64,000 nt of DNA from an uncultured Bifidobacteriaceae bacterium (lineage in GTDB: Bacteria > Verrucomicrobiota > Verrucomicrobiia > Limisphaerales > UBA11358), in NCBI GenBank assembly GCA_964536285.1, contig CAZHXG010000005.1:7565-71564 (forward strand). Direction: 5' to 3'. Under the pieces are notes generated by a model. That model saw only the letters and a program-made list of their open reading frames with translations. It was not told where the DNA came from and did no database searches. The position numbers and the translations under genes are program-made. Positions 49,990 through 59,850 of the stretch are shown here, piece by piece. The first letter of the stretch is position 1, and every line of letters begins with the position of its first letter.

Positions 49990-51383
49990 GATTTCACCTC
50001 CGAGGTTTCCATCGGCGCTTTGACGGCGGCGATCACCGATTTAATCAGCGCGAGTTTCCACTTGAAGGTCATGGCAAAAATATTCGCGGCGAACAGAAAA
50101 CTGCCGAGCAGTAGGAACAACAAGCCTGTCGTGCTGACACGCAGAAATGGCAGCGACGATTCGAGGCTGTAATTTTTCAATCCCTGTTCAATTCCTCCGA
50201 CGGCCAGCGACACGACCAGAAGAATGATTCCGAGCATGAATAGCCAATGTTGAACCCTGACAAATTTTGGAAACGGCAATCCGAAGCCCATCACGCGCGG
50301 CAGCAGTTCGTAAATCGCGCCGCAAATGACGATTGCGAAGAAACCGAAGATTTGCAGTTGCGTCTGCGCCGGGACGAACCAGGTGAATTCTACAATTTTG
50401 CTAAAGTGTGGACAGCCGAGCGAAATAAGCATCAACGACGAAAGTAAAAAAGTGACCGTTCCAAATTTGATGTAACAAAACGGCCCACCTTTGCAATCGG
50501 TGTTAGCGCCGCAAACGGTTTTGACAAAGATGACGGCGATGGCGATGAGCGGGATGATTGTCAGCGCGGACGCGACCGAACTCAACCCCGGCAGCCACGC
50601 GGGCACGGGCGCGCCTTGCGGAATGCCGCACCACGTTCCGAACAAAATCAAAGTCCAGAATGCGAACAACGCGAGGTAATGGCTGTGCAGAGATTTTCCG
50701 GCAAGTTTTGGCAGAAAATAAAATGCCGTGCCGATTCCGACGAGCGCGAGCCAGACGAAAATCAGATTGTTCGCGAACCACCAGCCGATGACGGCTTGCG
50801 CGACGCCGCGAACCGGATGGGATGAGGCGAGAAAAAGATTTGCCGTCGAATAAATCCACGGAAACCAAAACAAAGCCGCCAGCAAAAACCAATGTGATGG
50901 ATAAAGTTCACGTTCGCGCCGCGCGCCAAATGTAGCGACGGCGGAAATGGCGATGAGCAAAAATGCGGCAAACAACAGAACCGAACTGCCGCGAGGAAAT
51001 TCGAGCCATTGAGATCCGATGCTGTCGCCGATCAAAATGGCGACAAGTCCGACGAGTACGCCGAGATGCCAGATGTTCGCCGCGACAATCGGAACGATTG
51101 GCAGAACGAGTTCGCCTTGGCTCAAGCGCGCAAAAATCCAGAGCATCACGCCGAGCGCGGCGGGGATCGCAAAGCCGTAAAGAATCGCGTCGTTCGCGGC
51201 GGGCTGGACGCGACCGTAAGTCAGCAGCGGACAATTTGCAAATTTTTCCGGCATGTGAAAAGTGAGCGACGCTACAATCGCCAAAACCAAACCGACAATA
51301 AGCCACAAAGCCGCGCCGCCGAACAGCGCGAGCAGCGGCACGCGGCACGACGCGTCAATTTTTTGCTGTGAAATTTCGTTCAT
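49986..51383 (-). CDS. CcoN-like (cbb3 subunit I-like) polytopic membrane protein lacking the canonical metal-ligand histidines
   Basis: 465 aa with about 12 hydrophobic segments and CcoN-like blocks TYGRVQP, GWWFANN, AFWTLILFGTW, YELLPRV, GGIEQGL. See the findings for the ligand substitutions. The ATG overlaps the upstream stop (ATGA). Confidence 0.78.
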   Translation of the reverse strand: MNEISQQKIDASCRVPLLALFGGAALWLIVGLVLAIVASLTFHMPEKFANCPLLTYGRVQPAANDAILYGFAIPAALGVMLWIFARLSQGELVLPIVPIVAANIWHLGVLVGLVAILIGDSIGSQWLEFPRGSSVLLFAAFLLIAISAVATFGARRERELYPSHWFLLAALFWFPWIYSTANLFLASSHPVRGVAQAVIGWWFANNLIFVWLALVGIGTAFYFLPKLAGKSLHSHYLALFAFWTLILFGTWCGIPQGAPVPAWLPGLSSVASALTIIPLIAIAVIFVKTVCGANTDCKGGPFCYIKFGTVTFLLSSLMLISLGCPHFSKIVEFTWFVPAQTQLQIFGFFAIVICGAIYELLPRVMGFGLPFPKFVRVQHWLFMLGIILLVVSLAVGGIEQGLKNYSLESSLPFLRVSTTGLLFLLLGSFLFAANIFAMTFKWKLALIKSVIAAVKAPMETSEVKS

Positions 51384-51793
51384 TCAAATTGGCTCGGTTT
51401 CGGCGCGACTTTTGGCGCGGGCGCGCTGGCTTTTTCTTCGCGCGCGATCAAATCGGCGCGGGCGGAGGAGGGATTTTGCCACGCTTGTTCCGCCTTTTGT
51501 AGCGCGGTTTTGATCGGCAACCGCACGATACCGCGTTGCTGGTCAATCCAGCCGACGTTGTTGAGCGACGCGACTTCGTTTGTGCGAATTTGGTAAAGCG
51601 CCTGTGAAATCGTCGCGTTGCGGTCGGCGTCAATGGCCGGAACTCTCAACGAAAATTTCACGACGACCACAAGCGCGATGAAAATCAGGCTCGCGGCGAT
51701 GAAGCCGATGGCCGCGCCGGACGCGTGATTAACGTTTTTGATTTCGTTATTCATTGGCCGGAAGTGTGTCGGGAAATTCCTCTGGTTCGTCAT
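51380..51793 (-). CDS. Single-pass membrane protein between actF and the CcoN-like gene (ActG-position, function unknown)
   Basis: 137 codons from the ATG at 51793, or 124 from the ATG at 51754 (MNNEIKNV...). It has one TM helix (AAIGFIAASLIFIALVVVV), a soluble part with VGWIDQQRGIVRLPIKTAL, and a Pro/Ala/Lys tail. It overlaps both neighbours. Confidence 0.45.
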   Translation of the reverse strand: MTNQRNFPTHFRPMNNEIKNVNHASGAAIGFIAASLIFIALVVVVKFSLRVPAIDADRNATISQALYQIRTNEVASLNNVGWIDQQRGIVRLPIKTALQKAEQAWQNPSSARADLIAREEKASAPAPKVAPKPSQFE

Positions 51794-52979
51794 GAACGAG
51801 TCCCATCGCCTCGAGCACGCGCGGGTCGCGCTGCGGATACGGCGGATGACTCAGGAGTTTTTTCAGAAACACGCGCGCCAAAAATCCGGCCATAAAAAGG
51901 AAGCAGCCGAGTTGCAGCCAAATCCATTTGAATGGATAGCCGTTTTGATGGATCGCGGGCAAAATGTTGAAGCTTAAATCCAGAAAAGTCATCGCCCACG
52001 CCCACACACAAACGGGCAGCATGATTTTGAAATTCATTTTCACTTTCACGGGCAACAGGATAAAAAACGGCAGCACGAAATGTCCGAAAATCAGAATCAT
52101 GCTGACGCCAAACCACGAGCCGTGTTCGCGGATGAGATACCAGAAGGTTTCACCGGGCATGTTCGCGTTCCAGACGACGAAGTATTGCGCGAACTCGGAA
52201 TACGCCTGAAACAGCGTGAACGCGAGCAGCAGCACACCGATAAAATAAAACTGGTTGTCGTGCAACACGCGGTCGAGGATGCGCTGGCGCTGCAAAATCA
52301 TCATCAAAATGTAAAGCGTCGCGAGCACAAGCCACGCGCAGTTGGCAAAATAATAGACGCCGTAAATCGCCGAATACCACTGGAATTGGATGGCTTGCAT
52401 CCAAAGCACGGGCGCGAAAACCATCGTCAGCGCGAGCACGACGACGCCCCAGCCGGAATGAAAGCGCATTTTGTAAGTACAAAGCGGATCGCCGGTCACG
52501 TCCTGCCGCAGCGACCAGTAATTGATGCGCGCGGTCATCAGCCACCAGATGCCGAAGAAAATTGCCGACGTGATCCAAAATCCCGGCGTCGTGAACACCG
52601 GCCATTTGACCGCGACCAGATGATTCGACGGATCGAGCGACATCCACGGATAAATCTGTTTCGCAAAAATTCCGACGGGCAAAAACAAAATCGCCAGCCA
52701 CGGAAACAGCAGCGAGCCGATGTGTTCGCAGACACGGCGCGTGGCCACCGACCAGCCGGCGTTGCTCAAATGATGGATAAAAACGAAAAGCAATCCGCCG
52801 AGCGCCAGCGTCAGGAAAAGCATGAACGACAGCAGCCATGAATAACTGAATTCCTTCAAATTCACGAATGCGCCGATGACGGATAAAATTCCGCCGATGA
52901 CCATCAAAACGACGGGCGCAATTTTCCAGCCGGACAAATCCAGCGGCGGCGGCAATTCAATTTTATTTTGCGAACTCAT
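51747..52979 (-). CDS. actF: Alternative complex III subunit ActF (NrfD-like membrane subunit)
   Basis: 410 aa polytopic protein in the position and of the size of ActF, downstream of actE. The NrfD/PsrC-like helix pattern is similar to actC. Confidence 0.8.
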   Translation of the reverse strand: MSSQNKIELPPPLDLSGWKIAPVVLMVIGGILSVIGAFVNLKEFSYSWLLSFMLFLTLALGGLLFVFIHHLSNAGWSVATRRVCEHIGSLLFPWLAILFLPVGIFAKQIYPWMSLDPSNHLVAVKWPVFTTPGFWITSAIFFGIWWLMTARINYWSLRQDVTGDPLCTYKMRFHSGWGVVVLALTMVFAPVLWMQAIQFQWYSAIYGVYYFANCAWLVLATLYILMMILQRQRILDRVLHDNQFYFIGVLLLAFTLFQAYSEFAQYFVVWNANMPGETFWYLIREHGSWFGVSMILIFGHFVLPFFILLPVKVKMNFKIMLPVCVWAWAMTFLDLSFNILPAIHQNGYPFKWIWLQLGCFLFMAGFLARVFLKKLLSHPPYPQRDPRVLEAMGLVHDEPEEFPDTLPANE

Positions 52980-52980
52980 T

Positions 52981-53646
52981 TTATTTCAGCGCGGCTTGTT
53001 GGTCGGGTGTCAAGTCGTTGGTCGAACCGAGCCAGCTCAATTGCAGCACGCGCAAATAGGCGACAATCGCCCAGCGGTCTTGCGCTGCAACAATCGGGCC
53101 GTAAGCGCCCATCGTGCTTTTGCCAAAAGTGATTGTGTTGAAAATTTCGCCGTCGGCCATTTCCACGATCCGTTTGTCGTGCAGATTTGCGACCGCCGGC
53201 ATGTCGCCAATTTTTTTGGTGATGCCGTTGCCGTCGCCTAGTTTTCCGTGGCACGGCGCGCAATAAATGTCGAAACGTTCGTGTCCGCGCGCGAGCAAAG
53301 CTTCGTTCACAGGCAGCGGATTATTTTCGATGAAATTCGTCGTGCCGGAAATTTTGCCGTTGTTGACGGGTGAATTTTCAAAAGAGTAAACCGCGCCGTC
53401 CGTCGTTTGGATCGGTTCGCTGCGGGCAATCGTGCCGGGCGGCGGCAATTGCGAGCTGACGCCGTTCGCAAAAAAGTCGTTCGGCTTTTGCGGACGCAAT
53501 TTCAACTGGCGGTCCATGTCCGAAAAAACTTCGATGGGCGGTTTGCGCGACAAACCGCCGCGAAAACCGGCGATGCCGATAATCGCCGCGCCGAGCGCCG
53601 CGCCGATCAACGCAAAGGAAATCAGAATGCCGAGATGTCGCGTCAT
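52981..53646 (-). CDS. actE: Alternative complex III subunit ActE (monoheme cytochrome c)
   Basis: 221 aa with an N-terminal anchor and a single CAPCH motif followed by ...GEIFNTITFGKSTMGAYG. Coupled to actD (ATGA). Confidence 0.85.
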   Translation of the reverse strand: MTRHLGILISFALIGAALGAAIIGIAGFRGGLSRKPPIEVFSDMDRQLKLRPQKPNDFFANGVSSQLPPPGTIARSEPIQTTDGAVYSFENSPVNNGKISGTTNFIENNPLPVNEALLARGHERFDIYCAPCHGKLGDGNGITKKIGDMPAVANLHDKRIVEMADGEIFNTITFGKSTMGAYGPIVAAQDRWAIVAYLRVLQLSWLGSTNDLTPDQQAALK

Positions 53647-54182
53647 TCGTCGTCCTCCACGAGTTCGATGTGCGCGCCGCCGATTTCTTCGAGCAGTTTG
53701 CGGGTTTCGGTTTCGGAAAATTTCGGGTCGGTCGCGCCGACGGCGAGGAAAAATTTGTCGCGCGAAACGAGTTCAAACCGTTTTTTGCCGAACAGCGGAT
53801 GATGATGGCGCGGCAACTGGTTCAACGCAATCATGCCGACGAACGCACCGATGGCAGCGGCGAGCACGAGTAAAATGTAAGATGGCACGAAAGACATCGG
53901 CACACTGAACATCGGTTTGCCGCCAACGATGAGCGGATAATCAAATGCATTCGTGAACCAGATGAGAACCATCGTTCCGACAAACGCGCCGCCGCCGAAC
54001 ACGAGCGAGAACCAGCCGACGAGCGAGTTGCCGAGTCCCATGACTTTGTCGAGACCATGAACCGGGAACGGTGAAAAAACGTCCCAGCGACGATAGCCGG
54101 CGTCGCGAACTTTTTCCGCCGCACGCAAAACTGCCGCAGGCGAATCAAATTCAGCAATGAGGCCGTAATTTTTTTTGCTCAC
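53643..54182 (-). CDS. actD: Alternative complex III subunit ActD (DUF3341-type)
   Basis: A GTG at 54182 overlaps the actC stop (GTGA) and gives VSKKNYGLIAEFDSPAAVLRAAEKVRDAGYRRWDVFSPFPVHGL, the typical ActD N-terminus, followed by two TM helices. The longer track ORF (to 54494) lies inside actC. Confidence 0.85.
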   Translation of the reverse strand: MSKKNYGLIAEFDSPAAVLRAAEKVRDAGYRRWDVFSPFPVHGLDKVMGLGNSLVGWFSLVFGGGAFVGTMVLIWFTNAFDYPLIVGGKPMFSVPMSFVPSYILLVLAAAIGAFVGMIALNQLPRHHHPLFGKKRFELVSRDKFFLAVGATDPKFSETETRKLLEEIGGAHIELVEDDE

Positions 54183-55603
54183 GACTTGCCTCCTTTCGCG
54201 CCACCGAGCGGATGATGCGGATCGGCTTGCGGCGTGATGGCTTTGACCTCGGAAACCGCGATCATCGGCAAAAACCGGATGAACAGCAGATACATCGTGA
54301 AAAACACGCCGAGCGTGCCAAGGAACGTGCCGATGTCCACCCATGTCTGTTTGTAGAAACCCCAGTTCGCCGGCAGAAAATCCTGATACAACGAGCCGAC
54401 GATGATGGTGAACCGCTCGAACCACATGCCGATGTTGATGAGGATGGCGAGAATGAAAACGATTTTCAAATTCTGCCGGATGCGCTTGAACCAAAGCAAT
54501 TGCGCCATGAGAAAATTGATTCCGAGCATGATCCAGCCGCCATACCAGTAAGTCGTGCCGAACAGCCGATGGCTGAAGACCCAGCGTTCATACGGGTCGC
54601 CGCTATACCACGCGATGAAATATTCCATCAAATAAATGTAAGTGATGGCGAGGCTGCTCAACAAAGTCATTTTGCAGATGCGATCCATGTGCCGCATCGT
54701 GATGATGTCTTCGAGATGGCAAAGCTTGCGGAGCGGAATGAGCAAAACCAAAACCATGCCGAAGCCGCAATAAACCGCGCCGACGACGAAGTAGAGCGGG
54801 AAAATCGTCGCGTGCCAGCCGGCGAGTTGCGACGTGGCGAAGTCCATGCCGACGATGGAACTCACGGTGAACACGAGCAACGTCGCCAGGCCGGACAAGA
54901 CCGTGTAGGCTTTTTCGTAATTATGCCAGTGCCGCGCCGAGCCGGTCCAGCCGAGCGCGAACAGGCCGTAAAGAAATTTCCGCACGCGCGTTTTCGAGCG
55001 GTCGCGCAGCAACGCGAGGTCGGGAATCAATCCCATATACCAGAACAGCGTCGAAACCATGAGGTAAGTGTTCACGGCAAAAACGTCCCACATCAGCGGC
55101 GAACGAAATTGCGGCCACAGGCCGTTTGAAGTCGGAACCGGAAACATGAACCAGTCGAACCACGCGCGCCCGACGTGAATGCCCGGATAAAGTCCGGCCA
55201 TCATGACGGCGAAAACCGTCATCGCCTCCGCCGCGCGGCCAATCGCCGTGCGCCAGTGTTGTCGCGTCAGGAAAAGCATCGCCGAAATCAGCGTACCCGC
55301 GTGCGCGACACCAACCCACCAGACGAAGTTGATGATGTCCCAGCCCCACATGACCGGATGATTGTTGCCCCAGACGCCGACGCCGGTTGAAATCTGGTAA
55401 ATCAACATCGAAGGCAAAATGACCGCCGCACCAAATACCGATGGAAAAAATAAAATCCACCACCAGCGCGGTGTTTTGCCTTCGTTGAACGCCGTAAGCT
55501 TGTCCGTCAAATAGCCGAGACCGCGATTATTGATGACGTTCTGCGAACGTTTCAATTCCGCCGGCGGCGCGAGCGTTTTCAAATTGTCCAGAACTTCAGC
55601 CAT
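54179..55603 (-). CDS. actC: Alternative complex III subunit ActC (NrfD/PsrC-like quinol-interacting membrane subunit)
   Basis: 474 aa polytopic protein, immediately after actB with a 1-nt overlap (TAATG). NrfD-family helix pattern. Confidence 0.88.
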   Translation of the reverse strand: MAEVLDNLKTLAPPAELKRSQNVINNRGLGYLTDKLTAFNEGKTPRWWWILFFPSVFGAAVILPSMLIYQISTGVGVWGNNHPVMWGWDIINFVWWVGVAHAGTLISAMLFLTRQHWRTAIGRAAEAMTVFAVMMAGLYPGIHVGRAWFDWFMFPVPTSNGLWPQFRSPLMWDVFAVNTYLMVSTLFWYMGLIPDLALLRDRSKTRVRKFLYGLFALGWTGSARHWHNYEKAYTVLSGLATLLVFTVSSIVGMDFATSQLAGWHATIFPLYFVVGAVYCGFGMVLVLLIPLRKLCHLEDIITMRHMDRICKMTLLSSLAITYIYLMEYFIAWYSGDPYERWVFSHRLFGTTYWYGGWIMLGINFLMAQLLWFKRIRQNLKIVFILAILINIGMWFERFTIIVGSLYQDFLPANWGFYKQTWVDIGTFLGTLGVFFTMYLLFIRFLPMIAVSEVKAITPQADPHHPLGGAKGGKS

Positions 55604-58600
55604 TAGCTGTTTCCTTTCTCTACGCCGTTGCGCGTTTCATATTCTTCCGTGCTGAACGGCGCGTGATAATCCGGCATTTTCGGATTCGGATTGCGAATGC
55701 GCGCGAGATAACTCGTGCGCGGCTTCGTCAGCAAATCGCCGAGCAACAGATAATTTTGCGGCAGCGTTTTCAATCTTGAAACCGTGCTGTCCGGGTCGCT
55801 CACGTCGCCGAACATGATCGCCTGCGCCGGACACGCCTGCTGGCACGCGGTTTTCGGAATTGTTCCTTCTGATTCTTTCAATCGCACGTCGCCGCTCGCG
55901 CCGGCTTTCACTTTCTGAGAAATTTTCGCCTGCTCGATACGCTGCGTGCAATAAGTGCATTTTTCCATGACGCCGCGCATCCGCACCGTCACGTCGGGAT
56001 TTTTCGACATCTTGATCAAATCCCATTCGTCGTCCGGGCGCATTCCCGCGTCGCGGTCTTTCCACCAGCGGAACAAATCCAGTTCGCCGTCCGTCTTGTG
56101 CAAAAGCGGCGTCGAATAAAACGGCCCTTTCAATTCGCTCAACGGGCGTTTGTTATAATCGAGGAAATTAAAATGCCGGACTTTGTAAGGACAATTGTTC
56201 GAGCAATAGCGCGTGCCGATGCAACGGTTGTAAGCCATCACGTTCAAGCCTTCCTGATCGTGAACAGTCGCGTTGACCGGGCAGACGTTTTCGCACGGCG
56301 CGGCTTCACACATCTGGCACATCACCGGCTGGTTCACCGCCTGCACGTCATCAATCCATTCGGAAAATTGCTGGTCGTCGTCTTTGACAAATGACGCTGG
56401 AAATTTTTCCGTTTTCGGATCCGCCGTGTAATAACGGTCAATGCGCATCCAGTGCATTTCGCGGCCGCGATTCACCTGATCCTTGCCGACAATCGGAATA
56501 TTGTTCTCGCTCTGGCACGCGACCACGCATGTGCTGCAACCGACGCACGCGTTCAAATCCACGACCATGCCCCATTGATGCAGCGCGGTTTTCTTCGCTT
56601 CGTCGAGCGGATTCGGATAAAGCGATTGAACGATGGGCGGTTCCGCACCATGAAAATTCTCTTCCGCAAATTTCGGCTCTTTGAGAAATTCCTCAAGGTT
56701 CGCTTCGCGCACCGCCGGACGGCCTTCCATTGACCAATGCGATTGCGTCGTCGCAATCACATGAGTCTCGCCGGTTTTGCGAACTGTCGCGCCGGTCTCG
56801 ATATATTTTCCGCTGAAAATCTTATACGCGTTGAAGCCGACGCCCGTGCCGACGCGCCCTGCCCGCTCGCGTCCGTAACCGAGCGCGAGGCCGAGCGAAT
56901 AATCCGCCATGCCCGGCTGCGTCCAGATCGGGCCGGAAACTTTTTTGCCGTTCAATGAAATCTCAACAACGTCGCCGTTCGCCACGCCAAGTTCGCGCGC
57001 CGTCTTGCGGCTGACGAGAACGGCGTTGTCCCAGGTGATTTTCGTGACCGGATCGGGCAACTCCTGCATCCAGCCGTTGTTCGCGTAACGCCCGTCGTCC
57101 ACTTTTGAATCGCGGTAGAAAATGACTTCAAGATTTTGGGCGGATGTCGCTGAAACATTCGCCAGTTTCGGAATGGTCATCAACTGATCGCTTGGCAAAA
57201 TCGCCGGTTTCGGCGCAGAACTCATAAGAAAACCATTGAACAAAAATTCCCGCCAAACATTTTCGCGATTATACTGCGGCATATCCAAATTTCCCTCACT
57301 CGCAGCAAGAATTTGGCCGAATGTCTCGCGAACAATTTCGTGCGAATTCGTTTCCGACTCGCCGGCGATTCGCGCGAGAAATTCCAGTTCGTTCAATCCG
57401 CCGAACAGCGGTTGAATCAATGGCTGAATTGGAACGAGCGTTCCATCGCTAGTTATCGCATCACCCCAAGATTCGAGATAATGCGCCGCCGGAAAATTCC
57501 AGTCGGATTTTTCCGAAGTTTCATCTTCGTAATAGCCAAGCCGAACAATTGTTGTTAGAACGCCTTTTGTTACTATTTTTAATGCGTCCAAAGGCAACCA
57601 AGAATTAAAGTTGTAAGCCAGATTGCCGCCAAGGATGACTAGCGTGTCAATCGCACTGGAATTAAGATTTCTCAAATCAGCGAGAAGTGCAGGAGTCAAA
57701 GGGTGCTGCGGCGAGATAGAATTGTTAAGATTTCTCAAATCATCGGAAGAATTTTCTGTCGCCGGAATCAAAGTGACTGTGTTGCCAATTGCGCCGAGCG
57801 CAACATTCATTGCGTGCGCGAGCAAGTGAACTTCAATCGGTTGCCGCTGGCCAGCAACAACGAGTGAATCTTTTCCAAATTTGCGCAAATCGTTGGCGCA
57901 GTTAAATGCCCACTGGGATTCAAAATCGGGAAAGATCCCCGGAACAGCATATTGTATAGCAGCAGCCCAAGCTGAAATCATCTCCGCGACGTAGGCCACC
58001 TTGCTTGCACTTGTTCGCATCCGATGATCCGCATTCGCGCCGGTGAGCGTGAATAAAGATTCAATCGCGTAAAGCCGGCTCATGCCGTCGCCTGCTTTGC
58101 GGCTGGCGGCAAATTTGCGGATGTGATTGTGCGCGTCATCCTCGCCGCCGAGAAAATCGCAGTCAAGCGACAGGATGACTTTCGCTTTGTCGAAATTGAA
58201 AACCGGTTTGACCGATTGGCCGAACGCCTGCGTCGCCGCGCGTTGATGGATGCCGGAATCAATCGCGTCGTAAGTGAACCACTGCGACTTCGGAAATTTC
58301 TGCGCGATGATTTTTTGCAATCGCGCGCGCGACGGCGACGTGCTGCTTTCGGCGAGAAACGCCAGACCTTCGCCGTGGTTCGCAGAAAATTTTGCGGACA
58401 AGTCGTCGAGGGATTTCAACGCTTCGTCGCGCGAAACGATTTTGCCGTCGTGCTTGAAATGGCGCGCGCGGTCGGGATCGTAAAGATCCAAAATCGAAGC
58501 CTGGGCGTAATGATCCGTGCCGCCGTTGCTGCCGGGATAAAGTGAATTGCCTTCGATCTTTATCGGCCGGCCTTCGTAGGATTTGACGACGAGCGGAATC

Positions 58601-58920
58601 GCGCCGTTGCGCGTCGGCATCGCAGTCGCAAAATATTCTGACTTGCCGTAGACGTAATCATCCGGCTGCTTGCCGAACGGTTCGAGTTTTTCCTCCGGTC
58701 GCCGGCAGCCCGCGCCCGCCATCGCCAGGCCCGCGAACGCGAACGACGCAGACATGATTTTCAGAAAATACCGTCGCGAAACGTCGTCGGTGAATTCGCT
58801 CGCACCTTTCGGAAATTCGCGGTGCAGCCAGTCCTTGAACTCCTGCGTGTCGGCCAGTTCGTCCAGGCTGCGCCAGTAACGGCGGCCGGTTGCGGGAGTT
58901 GTTGGGTTTGAATTCATCAT
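55603..58920 (-). CDS. actB: Alternative complex III subunit ActB (fused molybdopterin-oxidoreductase-like and 4Fe-4S ferredoxin-like domains)
   Basis: N-terminus [10 protein letters not shown], Tat-like [24 protein letters not shown], and Fe-S cysteine clusters [51 protein letters not shown]. Start taken at the ATGATG overlapping the actA stop. Confidence 0.9.
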   Translation of the reverse strand: MMNSNPTTPATGRRYWRSLDELADTQEFKDWLHREFPKGASEFTDDVSRRYFLKIMSASFAFAGLAMAGAGCRRPEEKLEPFGKQPDDYVYGKSEYFATAMPTRNGAIPLVVKSYEGRPIKIEGNSLYPGSNGGTDHYAQASILDLYDPDRARHFKHDGKIVSRDEALKSLDDLSAKFSANHGEGLAFLAESSTSPSRARLQKIIAQKFPKSQWFTYDAIDSGIHQRAATQAFGQSVKPVFNFDKAKVILSLDCDFLGGEDDAHNHIRKFAASRKAGDGMSRLYAIESLFTLTGANADHRMRTSASKVAYVAEMISAWAAAIQYAVPGIFPDFESQWAFNCANDLRKFGKDSLVVAGQRQPIEVHLLAHAMNVALGAIGNTVTLIPATENSSDDLRNLNNSISPQHPLTPALLADLRNLNSSAIDTLVILGGNLAYNFNSWLPLDALKIVTKGVLTTIVRLGYYEDETSEKSDWNFPAAHYLESWGDAITSDGTLVPIQPLIQPLFGGLNELEFLARIAGESETNSHEIVRETFGQILAASEGNLDMPQYNRENVWREFLFNGFLMSSAPKPAILPSDQLMTIPKLANVSATSAQNLEVIFYRDSKVDDGRYANNGWMQELPDPVTKITWDNAVLVSRKTARELGVANGDVVEISLNGKKVSGPIWTQPGMADYSLGLALGYGRERAGRVGTGVGFNAYKIFSGKYIETGATVRKTGETHVIATTQSHWSMEGRPAVREANLEEFLKEPKFAEENFHGAEPPIVQSLYPNPLDEAKKTALHQWGMVVDLNACVGCSTCVVACQSENNIPIVGKDQVNRGREMHWMRIDRYYTADPKTEKFPASFVKDDDQQFSEWIDDVQAVNQPVMCQMCEAAPCENVCPVNATVHDQEGLNVMAYNRCIGTRYCSNNCPYKVRHFNFLDYNKRPLSELKGPFYSTPLLHKTDGELDLFRWWKDRDAGMRPDDEWDLIKMSKNPDVTVRMRGVMEKCTYCTQRIEQAKISQKVKAGASGDVRLKESEGTIPKTACQQACPAQAIMFGDVSDPDSTVSRLKTLPQNYLLLGDLLTKPRTSYLARIRNPNPKMPDYHAPFSTEEYETRNGVEKGNS

Positions 58921-59585
58921 CTGTGACAGGCCGAGCAGCTTTGGAGCGATTCGACTTTCCAATCATGAACGAATTTTGCGCCGTTCACTTCTTGTAATTT
59001 TTCGGCTTCAACGGCGTTCGTGCTCCACTTCCAACTCAAGTCGGTGACTTTGTCGGTCGGACGGATGTGCGCCGCCGGGTCGCGATGGCAATCAAGACAG
59101 AAACTCATGCTGAACGGCTTCGCGTGATAAACCTCGTCCATCTGGTCAATGCGCCCGTGACATTCCACGCAACTGATACCACGCGCGACGTGGACGGAGT
59201 GGTTAAAATAAACGTAATCGGGCGTGATGTGGACCTGTACCCACGGGATCGGCGTGTTGTTCGTCGCACTGTCGCGGACGATTTGCAGGCGCGGGTCGTC
59301 CTTCAAAACCGTGCTGTGGCAATTCATGCAAGTCGAAGCCGCCGGAATGTTTGCAACCCATGATTTTTCCACGCCGCTGTGGCAGTAACGGCAGTCGAGT
59401 CCGAGTTGTCCCGCGTGGACTTTGTGCGAAAATGGAACCGGCTGCACCGGCTCGTAGCCGACGCGCGTGTACTTGGGCGTGAAGTAATAAGTCACGCCAG
59501 CAGTCACGGCACCACCGGTCAGCGCCGCGCCGATGCCAAGCACCAGAGGCAACCAGTTTGTCCACTTCGGAAAAATCGCTGGCAT
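58917..59585 (-). CDS. actA: Alternative complex III subunit ActA (pentaheme cytochrome c)
   Basis: 222 aa with an N-terminal TM anchor and five CxxCH motifs (CRYCH, CMNCH, CVECH, CLDCH, CSACH). Confidence 0.9.
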   Translation of the reverse strand: MPAIFPKWTNWLPLVLGIGAALTGGAVTAGVTYYFTPKYTRVGYEPVQPVPFSHKVHAGQLGLDCRYCHSGVEKSWVANIPAASTCMNCHSTVLKDDPRLQIVRDSATNNTPIPWVQVHITPDYVYFNHSVHVARGISCVECHGRIDQMDEVYHAKPFSMSFCLDCHRDPAAHIRPTDKVTDLSWKWSTNAVEAEKLQEVNGAKFVHDWKVESLQSCSACHR

Positions 59586-59850
59586 CTCGAATAAACCGTC
59601 AGTTAGTCAAAAATTGTCCATCGCTCCGCAACACAGGCGAAGATGTTTAATGATTGTTCGCCCCGCCTGCAAGAAAGTTTGTGAAAAATTTCACGTTATC
59701 CGGTTTATGAAACCGATTAGCCGAAATGTTCCTGCAGTCTCATGAAAATCCTTTGCACGACAATTCGCACCAAAAAGTTTGACGGCGCGCGCAAGCCGGA
59801 GAATCTTGTGCAGGTTTTTCGCCGTGAAAGAAACACTTTTCAACAAACAG

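Noticed and set aside
57662-57742. An 18-nt perfect direct repeat (ttaagatttctcaaatca at 57662-57679 and 57725-57742) inside actB, giving DLRNLN(N/S)S twice in an AT-richer stretch.
   Set aside because: It is in frame, with no inverted termini or coding disruption. It is most simply a small local duplication in a surface loop, not a mobile-element scar.
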